From: a virus
Taxonomy: Duplodnaviria > Caudoviricetes
Reading direction: 5' to 3' (one strand)
IMG/VR virus record: IMGVR_UViG_3300029319_000001
DNA length: 64,000 nt
The stretch's first letter is position 1. Each line of letters opens with the position of its first letter. Both the position numbers and the translations under genes were made by a program. The notes beneath the pieces were generated by a model. It was not told the origin of the DNA. It did not search any database and saw only the letters and a list, made by a program, of their open reading frames with translations. Shown in pieces: positions 48,330 to 56,295 of the stretch.

Positions 48330-48455
48330 ATGGCACAAGTCACTTACCGTGGTGTTGTCTATGACACCAACAACCGCCCAAATCAAGCAAAAACACAGAA
48401 AGTTACTTTAACTTATCGTGGAATAAAGACTGAAAAGGATCTTACTACTGCTTAA
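48330..48455 (+). CDS. DUF4278-family small protein (41 aa, absent from ORF track)
   Basis: MAQVTYRGVVY...LTYRGIK (two TYRG motifs), AGGAG SD at 48318-48322. Confidence 0.85.
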   Translation: MAQVTYRGVVYDTNNRPNQAKTQKVTLTYRGIKTEKDLTTA

Positions 48456-48478
48456 TCTGGACATCTTACACATTGATC

Positions 48479-48508
48479 AAAAAGAGGGTTACAGAAACCC
48501 TCTTTTTT
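48479..48508 (+). terminator. Rho-independent terminator
   Basis: AAAAGAGGGTT-loop-AACCCTCTTTT plus T run. Confidence 0.8.
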
Positions 48509-48527
48509 ATAAATTATATTAAAAGCT

Positions 48528-48692
48528 ATGGATCGCCAAGTTTTAAAAGGCATGGTTTTAATGCTCAAACAAGTTGTAACAGAATTGGAAGCAGAGGTTT
48601 TTTCTGATAAAGAAGCGTATGTTCCAAAACAACCAGCAACAATGAAACAAGATTATGAACTCTACGATGATGACGATGGATACTCAGATTAG
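48528..48692 (+). CDS. 54 aa hypothetical protein
   Basis: MDRQVLKGMV...ELEAEVFSD...DDDDGYSD. Confidence 0.55.
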   Translation: MDRQVLKGMVLMLKQVVTELEAEVFSDKEAYVPKQPATMKQDYELYDDDDGYSD

Positions 48693-48870
48693 AGAGAAAA
48701 CTCTAAAACTGCTTTTAAAGAATTTTGGCAATACTCATACAAATCGTTCGATTTACGAATGTGCCGATGATTGGTGTTCCAAGCAACCAACAACCAAAGG
48801 ACTAGTAGCATATTTTAATGCATACTACGGAAAACATGAAGGACAAGAAAGCAGCAAAAAAATTGATTAA
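48676..48870 (+). CDS. Hypothetical protein
   Basis: SIYECADDW motif; start approximate. Confidence 0.5.
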   Translation: MDTQIREKTLKLLLKNFGNTHTNRSIYECADDWCSKQPTTKGLVAYFNAYYGKHEGQESSKKID

Positions 48871-48982
48871 AAGAGCAAAACTCAACCGCAACTGGTATAC
48901 ACCAGAAGAGGTAAAATATGCTAAAATGATGAAAAGACAATTAGAGAAGATCGAAGTAAATCCAGAAGAACCTAGATTATGA
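48836..48982 (+). CDS. 48 aa basic hypothetical protein
   Basis: MKDKKAAKKLIKRAK...WYTPEEVKYAK; ATGA coupling to the next gene. Confidence 0.55.
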   Translation: MKDKKAAKKLIKRAKLNRNWYTPEEVKYAKMMKRQLEKIEVNPEEPRL

Positions 48983-49623
48983 CTAGAGGGATTCGTTTCG
49001 TTAGTGAACCTCCAGAAACTCCTTTTGCACCATTTTGGGATTACAGCATTGCTGTGAAACCAATTATTATTAATACAGAGAATATTGCTAAAATAGTTTT
49101 AGAAAAAGAGAAAGAAATAATAGAAAAGTACTCTGGAGACGATGATGGTAACACTGGATTAGGTGCAGATAGTCTAACTGCTAGATTTAAACACTTTAAT
49201 GTGCTAAAATGGCAGGAAGTTGATATAGCACAATTACATCAAGAAATTCGTATTTTTCATGATGAATATTTTGCTCAGGTGATTGGTTCTGAACCACCAC
49301 CTCTAAAAGTCAGATGTTGGGCAAATGTAATGCGTAAAGGTCAACAGATCCAAAAGCATACACATTCCACACATCCACACTCTTATCTTGGTGGACACTT
49401 TTGTGTAACTGCCGAGAATACTTCAACTTCGTATATGCACCCATATACTCAAGAAGACTATGATGTAGAAAATAGACCTGGTGAAATTACACTATTTCCC
49501 AACTATTTGACACACCATACATCTGTTCATGAATCAGATATCCCTAGAATCAGTATTGCATTTGATCTAGTGACATACAAGAATCTTGTTCATGTAGATG
49601 ATGACAATCTTGTCATACTCTAA
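48979..49623 (+). CDS. 2OG-Fe(II) oxygenase, TIGR02466-like
   Basis: CWANVMRKG, HTHSTHPHSYLGGHF, LFPNYLTHHT, RISIAFD. Confidence 0.8.
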   Translation: MTRGIRFVSEPPETPFAPFWDYSIAVKPIIINTENIAKIVLEKEKEIIEKYSGDDDGNTGLGADSLTARFKHFNVLKWQEVDIAQLHQEIRIFHDEYFAQVIGSEPPPLKVRCWANVMRKGQQIQKHTHSTHPHSYLGGHFCVTAENTSTSYMHPYTQEDYDVENRPGEITLFPNYLTHHTSVHESDIPRISIAFDLVTYKNLVHVDDDNLVIL

Positions 49624-49646
49624 ATAACTATCCTATGTAAACTTTT

Positions 49647-49898
49647 ATGGCTACTTATCCTATTAAAAATACGAAAACTGGTGAAACGAAAGAAGTTGTG
49701 ATGAGTGTAAATGATTGGGATCAGTGGAAGATTGATAATCCTGATTGGATTCGATATTTCACCCCAGATAACTCACCAGGTGTTGGAGAAGTTGGCGAGT
49801 GGAAAGATAAACTGAGAAAGAATAAACCTGGTTGGAATGAGATCTTAGGAAGAGCTCAAAAAACAGGTCAAAATCGTCAAAAACTAACACTCGACTAA
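49647..49898 (+). CDS. Conserved T4-like phage protein
   Basis: MATYPIKNTKTGE...DNPDW...GWNEIL; CTAAATA at 49620-49626. Confidence 0.65.
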   Translation: MATYPIKNTKTGETKEVVMSVNDWDQWKIDNPDWIRYFTPDNSPGVGEVGEWKDKLRKNKPGWNEILGRAQKTGQNRQKLTLD

Positions 49899-49899
49899 T

Positions 49900-50664
49900 A
49901 TGCCAGTAAAAAGAACTCGTAATAAGAAAACAGACAAACAAGTTGGTGCTGGTTTGACTGCCAAACAAATGAGAAGGAAGAAACCTATTAATAGTGATCT
50001 TCTTGTAAATATTAAACCTTTGACACCTAATCAAGAAATTCTTTTCAATGATTATGCAAGAGGCAAAAATATTTTTACTTATGGTGCTGCAGGTACAGGA
50101 AAGACCTTTATCGTTCTCTATAATGCCATTAAAGATGTATTAAATGAACTTACACCATATACTAAGGTTTACATTGTTCGTAGTCTTGTATCGACCAGAG
50201 AGATAGGTTTCTTGCCAGGTGATCATGAGGACAAATCATTCCTTTATCAGATTCCTTATAAGAATATGGTAAAGTATATGTTTGAGATGCCTACAGATCA
50301 AGATTTTGAAATGTTATATGCTAATCTTAAGCAACAAGAAACTGTCTCGTTCTGGTCTACCTCATTTCTAAGAGGAACTACATTTGATGATGCTATCATC
50401 ATAATAGATGAATGTCAAAACTTGAATTTTCATGAATTAGATAGTATAATAACAAGAGTGGGTGAAAACTGTAGAATTCATTTCTGCGGTGACGCTGCAC
50501 AAACTGACCTTATAAAACAGAATGAAAAGAATGGAATCCTTGATTTCATGAAAATCCTTGAACAAATGGAATCTTTCTCTATGATTGAATTTGATGTTGA
50601 TGACATTGTTCGCTCTGGACTCTGTAAGGAATATTTGAAGACTAAATTAGCACTTAATATGTAA
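49900..50664 (+). CDS. phoH: PhoH-like ATPase
   Basis: GAAGTGKT, RSLVSTREIGFLPG, FLRGTT, IIDECQN, IVRSGL. Confidence 0.93.
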   Translation: MPVKRTRNKKTDKQVGAGLTAKQMRRKKPINSDLLVNIKPLTPNQEILFNDYARGKNIFTYGAAGTGKTFIVLYNAIKDVLNELTPYTKVYIVRSLVSTREIGFLPGDHEDKSFLYQIPYKNMVKYMFEMPTDQDFEMLYANLKQQETVSFWSTSFLRGTTFDDAIIIIDECQNLNFHELDSIITRVGENCRIHFCGDAAQTDLIKQNEKNGILDFMKILEQMESFSMIEFDVDDIVRSGLCKEYLKTKLALNM

Positions 50665-51341
50665 TGTTTAATCATGTACCTGTAATCCTCCCTCCACTGG
50701 AGAGAGAGACTGTTGATGGTGTTCGATATTATCAAGTTCCTGATAATGATGAACTACTAAAATTAGTTTCTATTACTTCAGTAACCTCTTTTTATAATAG
50801 AGCAAAGTTTGCTTCTTGGAGAAAAAAGATTGGTGAAGAAAAAGCTAATGAAATTACTGCGAAAGCAACATCTCGTGGTACTGACATGCATACTCTTACC
50901 GAACACTATCTTCTTAATGAAGAACTTCCAGATGTTCCACCACTACCAGAATTTCTGTTTAAGATAGCAAAACCAGAACTGAATAAAATTGATAATATTC
51001 ACGCATTAGAAGGTTCTCTCTTTAGTAAAGAATTAGGTGTTGCAGGTACAGTTGATTGCATAGCAGAACATGATGGTGAATTAGCAGTTATTGACTTTAA
51101 GACTTCTAAAGCACCTAAACCAAGAAAATGGATTGAAGGTTATTTTGTTCAAGCAATGGCATATGCTGCTATGTACTATGAACAAACTGGCACAATTGCT
51201 AAAAAACTTGTTATAATAATGGCGTGTGAGGATGGCACTTGTAAAGTATATGAAGAGCGTAATAAGAAGAAATATATGAAATTACTTGTACATTACATTA
51301 GAAACTTTTTAGACTTTCAAATAGAATTAAATGGAAAATGA
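50664..51341 (+). CDS. PD-(D/E)XK exonuclease
   Basis: SITSV, RGTDMH, GVAGTVDCIAE, VIDFKTS, VQAMAYA. Confidence 0.85.
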   Translation: MFNHVPVILPPLERETVDGVRYYQVPDNDELLKLVSITSVTSFYNRAKFASWRKKIGEEKANEITAKATSRGTDMHTLTEHYLLNEELPDVPPLPEFLFKIAKPELNKIDNIHALEGSLFSKELGVAGTVDCIAEHDGELAVIDFKTSKAPKPRKWIEGYFVQAMAYAAMYYEQTGTIAKKLVIIMACEDGTCKVYEERNKKKYMKLLVHYIRNFLDFQIELNGK

Positions 51342-51585
51342 ATTAACCAAAGCATTAGATAAAAAATTCATGAATGCTGCCAAGTTTTCTCTTGAAGTAG
51401 AGAAACTTGTGTTAGAAGAAAAAGTAAATTATATCGATGCTATAGTTCTGTTTTGTGAGAAAAATAGCATTGAAGTTGACTCTGTTACTAAGTTAATTTC
51501 TAAACCACTAAAGGAGAAATTAAAGGCAGATGCAATTAATCTTAATTTCATGAAAAAGACCACTCGTGCCAAACTACCCTTATAA
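51331..51585 (+). CDS. gp33: Late transcription coactivator
   Basis: YIDAIVLFCEKN, ISKPLKEKL, LNFMKKT.RAKLPL. Confidence 0.85.
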   Translation: MENELTKALDKKFMNAAKFSLEVEKLVLEEKVNYIDAIVLFCEKNSIEVDSVTKLISKPLKEKLKADAINLNFMKKTTRAKLPL

Positions 51586-51596
51586 ATACTAGTATT

Positions 51597-51926
51597 ATGT
51601 CTGATTTCTTTGCATCAGAGCAAGTTCAAGAATCTATAACTGAGATCAATAGAATGCAAGAAGAGATCTATTCAAAGATCTTTGCATTTGAGAGATTGTC
51701 TCATAAAGAGAAGATGGAACATGTTGACCAATTAGAAATTCTTTTGGATAAGCAAAGAAATTTTTACATGAGATTGAAACTATCTGATGATCCTCGTGCT
51801 AAGGATATGATGGAACAAATTCATCAATCTGCACAATTAGTAGGTTTTCCTAAAGATGTTAATCCTGACCTCTTGTTTAAAAACATGCAGGATACTCTAG
51901 CAAACCTTCGCAAGAATTTTAGTTGA
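51597..51926 (+). CDS. DUF1825-like conserved cyanophage protein
   Basis: FFASEQVQ, RLKLSDDPRA; TATAAATA at 51581-51588. Confidence 0.65.
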   Translation: MSDFFASEQVQESITEINRMQEEIYSKIFAFERLSHKEKMEHVDQLEILLDKQRNFYMRLKLSDDPRAKDMMEQIHQSAQLVGFPKDVNPDLLFKNMQDTLANLRKNFS

Positions 51927-51951
51927 CATGGGAGCACTGTCGCCCTATAAT
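51923..51951 (+). promoter_or_regulatory. Sigma70-type promoter of gp32
   Basis: TTGACA-17 nt-TATAAT. Confidence 0.85.
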
Positions 51952-51961
51952 AGACCAGTAC

Positions 51962-51992
51962 AAAAGCCAAATCTAATAAAAAGCCAAATCTA
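51962..51992 (+). repeat. 14 nt direct repeat in the gp32 leader (putative translational operator)
   Basis: AAAAGCCAAATCTA at 51962-51975 and 51979-51992. Confidence 0.7.
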
Positions 51993-52876
51993 TGTCTTTT
52001 GCATCACTTAAAAAGCAATCATCACTCGGTTCTCTAACAGCAAAGCTTGTTAAAGAAGTCGAGAAGACCAACAAAACAGGTAACGGTGCCGATGACCGTC
52101 TTTGGAAACCAGAAGTTGACAAAGCAGGTAACGGTTACGCAGTTATTCGTTTTCTTCCTGCACCAGATAAGGAAGACCTTCCTTGGGCAAAACTGTATTC
52201 ACATGCATTCCAAGGTCCAGGTGGATGGTACATTGAAAATTCTTTAACTACCATCGGTGGTAAAGACCCTGTTTCAGAATACAATACTGAATTATGGAAT
52301 TCTGGTACTGACGCTAACAAGCAAATTGCCCGTAACCAAAAGCGTAAGTTATCATATTATACTAACATCTATGTTGTGAAAGATCCTTCCAACCCAGATA
52401 ACGAGGGAAAAGTTTTCCTTTATAAGTTTGGTAAGAAGATCTTCGATAAGATAATGGCAGCAATGCAACCTGAGTTTGAGGATGAATCCCCAATCAATCC
52501 TTTTGACTTCTGGCAAGGTGCTAACTTCAAAGTTAAGATCAAGAAAGTAGCAGGATACTGGAACTATGATAGTTCTGAATTCGCTGCTGTTTCTCCTCTT
52601 CTCGATGATGATAAAGCATTAGAAGAAATATGGAAGAAGGAATACTCACTCGCTGAGATTACCGATGCCTCTCAGTTCAAAACTTATGACGAACTGAAAA
52701 AGAGGTTTGATTATGTCCTTGGTAATAAAAAATCAACTGTAAGTCAAGCATTTGACGAAGAAGTTGCATCTGAGGAATTGCCACCAAGACCCGAAGAGGA
52801 GGTAGCTACTAGTTTTAGTGAATCTGATGAGGGCGATGACGCACTTTCATACTTCCAGCGTTTAGCTGAAGAATAA
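51992..52876 (+). CDS. gp32: Single-stranded DNA-binding protein
   Basis: DDRLWKPEVDKAGNGYAVIRFLP, YIENSLTT, FLYKFGKKIFDK, acidic tail. Confidence 0.96.
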   Translation: MSFASLKKQSSLGSLTAKLVKEVEKTNKTGNGADDRLWKPEVDKAGNGYAVIRFLPAPDKEDLPWAKLYSHAFQGPGGWYIENSLTTIGGKDPVSEYNTELWNSGTDANKQIARNQKRKLSYYTNIYVVKDPSNPDNEGKVFLYKFGKKIFDKIMAAMQPEFEDESPINPFDFWQGANFKVKIKKVAGYWNYDSSEFAAVSPLLDDDKALEEIWKKEYSLAEITDASQFKTYDELKKRFDYVLGNKKSTVSQAFDEEVASEELPPRPEEEVATSFSESDEGDDALSYFQRLAEE

Positions 52877-52878
52877 GG

Positions 52879-52912
52879 TATAAATAAAGGAGAGGACAAC
52901 CTCTCCTTTTTT
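52879..52912 (+). terminator. Late promoter abutting a terminator hairpin
   Basis: TATAAATA 52879-52886 then AAAGGAGAGG-ACAA-CCTCTCCTTT-TTT. Confidence 0.7.
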
Positions 52913-52930
52913 GTTTTAACGATTAATTTA

Positions 52931-53089
52931 ATGGCTTATTCAGCAAATAGGTATGCAGTAACCTTTAATTTAGGTTCTGAAACTAGAAAAGTAGAAATGT
53001 ATGCAGAGGACGATACAAAGGCAAGATCTAGAGTTCTGCAATTATTTCCAGACGCAACAAGTATAGTACCATCTACTTTAACTGACTAA
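52931..53089 (+). CDS. 52 aa hypothetical protein (absent from ORF track)
   Basis: MAYSANRYAVTF...VLQLFPDAT fills the intergenic gap. Confidence 0.5.
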   Translation: MAYSANRYAVTFNLGSETRKVEMYAEDDTKARSRVLQLFPDATSIVPSTLTD

Positions 53090-53091
53090 TC

Positions 53092-53496
53092 ATGGCAAGA
53101 GATAAGGTCATTGTCTACAATGGATCTGATGGTTTTTGTCGTGTAGTTATTCCATCAGAGCAATGCGTTTTGTCTGACGAAGACATTATCGCAAAAGATA
53201 TTAGTGCTAGTGAATATTCACTGGTAGATAATAGTTCCTTACCTTCAAAGTATTGGAGAAATGCTTGGAAATATAACCATAGTTCAAAGGCAGTTGAAGT
53301 AGATATGGCATCTGCTAAAACTTTATGCCAACAAGAATTGGAAGCAAAATTTATATCTATAGCAAAAGAAAACGCAGATATACAGACTATAGCAGACATG
53401 AAGGGAGAGTCTGCATCACTTAAATCTAACCCTGCAGTTCCTTATTCAAGTATTACAGCAGCGACTACAGTTTCTGACTTAGATGCTCTACTTTAA
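53092..53496 (+). CDS. Tail-fibre-assembly-like hypothetical protein
   Basis: IIAKDI...LPSKYWRNAW; converges on gp53. Confidence 0.5.
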   Translation: MARDKVIVYNGSDGFCRVVIPSEQCVLSDEDIIAKDISASEYSLVDNSSLPSKYWRNAWKYNHSSKAVEVDMASAKTLCQQELEAKFISIAKENADIQTIADMKGESASLKSNPAVPYSSITAATTVSDLDALL

Positions 53497-54137
53497 ACAA
53501 GATTATTAGTAGCAACTTTACCAGTGCTTCTCTTATATTGCGAAGAATTCTGATATTGTAATATATTTTTAGTATCATTAACGAGTGTGTTGAGGTATTC
53601 TCTTTTGACTACCCTGATCGCTCGTTTTTCATTGTTTTTTCTTGTCTCTACTAACCAGTTACTTACAGCAACAGTTGGATTAATTGTTTGAGTATAATTG
53701 TTTGGATCTTGGATAGTAAAATCTGGATCTACTACTAATTTGCCAGGTAATATTAATTTACCATCACTATTTTTAACTTCTGTAGTTTCATAGTGATGAA
53801 CTGCATTTAGATCTCCACCATATTTTTCATCAGCAAGATCCCAGAGTTTCCCTTCTGGTACTGGCCATTGATCTTCTACATTAATAATGTTGGCAGATAA
53901 TAAAACTACCCAGTCATATTTTGCACTTGCATATAAACCTTCTGCTATTGTATCAGGTCTTTCTCCATCATCTATTATATAATCATTAAAACTCAAAGCA
54001 AACTGAAATACCTCACTTTTGAGTCTTATTCTTTTAAAAAGATTTTTAACTTCAATATATTGATCCCTTTTTCCACCTTCTTTGAGTGGACTAAGGTATT
54101 TGAAGTTAGGTAATAGGTTAAAGTAAGATATTGACAT
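53493..54137 (-). CDS. gp53: Baseplate wedge protein
   Basis: YFNLLPNFKY, ERPDTIA..LY, DWVVLL.ANI...QWP, VHHYET. Confidence 0.85.
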   Translation of the reverse strand: MSISYFNLLPNFKYLSPLKEGGKRDQYIEVKNLFKRIRLKSEVFQFALSFNDYIIDDGERPDTIAEGLYASAKYDWVVLLSANIINVEDQWPVPEGKLWDLADEKYGGDLNAVHHYETTEVKNSDGKLILPGKLVVDPDFTIQDPNNYTQTINPTVAVSNWLVETRKNNEKRAIRVVKREYLNTLVNDTKNILQYQNSSQYKRSTGKVATNNLV

Positions 54138-55123
54138 TAGAAATCGATGTAAGATTCTTCATAATCATCTCTGTATATTGGTTCCAATTCAGTAAATGCT
54201 AAATCTAATTTCATATGAACTGGTGTACCATCTGCATATGTTGAGTACTGACCAGATCCAGTATAGTTAATTCCTACAGAGGTTAAAGCACATATCTTAA
54301 ATTTATTTAAGAAAGGATGTACATTACCTCCTTTTCTATAAGAAATTCTAAAAACATCAGGAGTGCTAAGAAATGCCATTTCACCACCTTTGAGTCTTTT
54401 AGGTGAGGAACGCATTTTTAACTGCAGAAACATTTCTTTTACTACTTTTGCTTCTTTTTTATCCCTAGGAGATATATCCCATCTAAATCCAAAAGGTCTT
54501 AATGATACACTATTAAAGAGTAGTTCTAAGTTTTGATTTATTATTTGACCTGACTGCCTTGCCATTATTTGATTAGCATTAATATTACTACCTACTGCTG
54601 CATTTATTACTGCAGATGCTGTTTTTGCTTTTACATATTGCTGTATACGAGTTGTATCAGAACTTGCTTTAGTTAAATCTTTTTGTAAACTCTCTCCTGC
54701 TTGAACAATACCATCTTTAAAAGTTTTAAATATATTTTCACTTCCATCTAAACCTTTTGGACTGAGAAACTGATCAACAGCACCAGCAGCAGCTCCTGTT
54801 AATGCATTCATATTTCCACCTTGCCAACCGATATTATTCTTTGATCCTATTCCATTAGGCACAGGAAGAATGAAATTTCTCTCTGACTTAGCAGATTTAA
54901 GTTTATTAAATGCTCCACCACCACTACTAAAACTAGGAGTTCCACCTGCTTTATATTCAAGTGCTTCTATTAAAAAGTAGTCGGTCTCAGCATCCATAAT
55001 ATCATATGGATATCTAAGTATATAACTATTTGCTTGATCAGAACTACCTGATGGACTGGATAATCCATTAAATAGTGCATTTTTACCAAACTTTAGTCCC
55101 TTTTTTATTAAGCCAAGAGGCAT
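54137..55123 (-). CDS. gp48: Baseplate tail tube cap
   Basis: INQNLELLFNSVSLRPF.F.W, PDVFRISY, KFKICAL, LAFTELEPI; minus-strand TATAAATA at 55143-55150. Confidence 0.8.
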   Translation of the reverse strand: MPLGLIKKGLKFGKNALFNGLSSPSGSSDQANSYILRYPYDIMDAETDYFLIEALEYKAGGTPSFSSGGGAFNKLKSAKSERNFILPVPNGIGSKNNIGWQGGNMNALTGAAAGAVDQFLSPKGLDGSENIFKTFKDGIVQAGESLQKDLTKASSDTTRIQQYVKAKTASAVINAAVGSNINANQIMARQSGQIINQNLELLFNSVSLRPFGFRWDISPRDKKEAKVVKEMFLQLKMRSSPKRLKGGEMAFLSTPDVFRISYRKGGNVHPFLNKFKICALTSVGINYTGSGQYSTYADGTPVHMKLDLAFTELEPIYRDDYEESYIDF

Positions 55124-55160
55124 GAGATATACTATTTTTACTTATTTATAGAGGCACACC

Positions 55161-55463
55161 TCAATCTCTCTGTCTCCAGTCGTCTGATCGTTTATCATTT
55201 CGGAACCAATCTGCAATATCGTCTGCTCCAGTGAAACCCCTTCTATGTTTCCTTGGATCGGAGTCTCCTATATCCAAGTACTTAAGAAAAGTCGAATCAT
55301 CATCCGTTTTTAATCTTCTTGCCGAACTTAACATTCCTCTTGCAGATGTATTCGCTTTTGATAACTTCTCTGCCCATATCATATCTTCTAATGGAACCTC
55401 CGTTCCTGCTGCTATTGATCTACAAATTGCTTCAAGTCGCAAACGATATTGAGTGGAAAGCAT
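55161..55463 (-). CDS. Hypothetical protein
   Basis: MLSTQYRLRLEAIC...EDMIWAEKL; minus-strand TATAAATA at 55486-55493. Confidence 0.65.
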   Translation of the reverse strand: MLSTQYRLRLEAICRSIAAGTEVPLEDMIWAEKLSKANTSARGMLSSARRLKTDDDSTFLKYLDIGDSDPRKHRRGFTGADDIADWFRNDKRSDDWRQRD

Positions 55464-55488
55464 AAGGCATATATTAAATTTTTTTTAT

Positions 55489-55836
55489 TTATAGAGACAT
55501 TTTAAATTTAGCATAAGGTATAGACCTAGCATCTGCAATTTCACTAGATAAAACCACATGCATTTGCCCTAAAACTTCATCCCAAGTGTAATTTCTCATT
55601 GTTCCCCAGTGATAATTAAACCCCTTAAATCCCCATCTTTGCACTTCAGTACAGGCTATTAGAGGAAATTCATCATATCTAATGTTGGGTGTTTTTGCTC
55701 TGTATATAAAAGTATAGTAATTTCCTGGTTCGGGAACAATTTCAATATCTGTTAACGCTTCTGTAATCTTTAGCATGAGATCATCAGCATCTTCTAGACC
55801 TGTCATTTCATCAACTATAGGTTGTAATCTACTCAT
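55489..55836 (-). CDS. gp2: DNA end protector-like protein
   Basis: YYTFIYRAKT, YDEFPLI, GFKGFNYHW; syntenic with gp4. Confidence 0.65.
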   Translation of the reverse strand: MSRLQPIVDEMTGLEDADDLMLKITEALTDIEIVPEPGNYYTFIYRAKTPNIRYDEFPLIACTEVQRWGFKGFNYHWGTMRNYTWDEVLGQMHVVLSSEIADARSIPYAKFKMSL

Positions 55837-56267
55837 ACCCCTAAATGATCCTCTGTTAAAATTTTAAAAGTTAAACTTCTATCAAGACAATATTCTTTTG
55901 CTGCTTTCCATTTTGCTTGATTCTTAGCATATTCATATACTTCACGGACATATGCTTTAGTTTTTCTCTTTTTAACTTGTGGTTCTATACACTGCTTCTT
56001 TGGTTTCACCTCTATAATATACTTTTTAATCTGACCAGTGTTCTCACGAACTTTAATATAAAAATCTGGAAAATACCTGTGAATACGGTTATCCAAAGGA
56101 CTACGATATGGGATAATTATCTCTTCACTACCCCATTCTAGTATGTTTGGATTCTTATCACAGTACTTCATAAACTTGCGTTCCCACAAACTACGATAAA
56201 TAATGTTTAGATGGTTCCCTCTATACTTTTCTATATTAATAGGTCTGAACTTACCTGAATAAGCCAT
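55833..56267 (-). CDS. gp4: Head completion protein
   Basis: YRSLWERKFM.YCD, WGSEE, HRYFPDF, IEVKPK, NQAKW. Confidence 0.9.
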   Translation of the reverse strand: MAYSGKFRPINIEKYRGNHLNIIYRSLWERKFMKYCDKNPNILEWGSEEIIIPYRSPLDNRIHRYFPDFYIKVRENTGQIKKYIIEVKPKKQCIEPQVKKRKTKAYVREVYEYAKNQAKWKAAKEYCLDRSLTFKILTEDHLGV

Positions 56268-56295
56268 CGTACTATAACCTCTAAAGGTATTTATT

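Noticed and set aside
50664-51341. Cas4-like nuclease as a sign of a CRISPR system
   Set aside because: It is the ordinary PD-(D/E)XK exonuclease between phoH and gp33, with no Fe-S cysteines and no array.
55833-56267. TnsA-like endonuclease suggesting a Tn7 element
   Set aside because: T4 gp4 has this fold and the gene is syntenic with gp2 and gp48.
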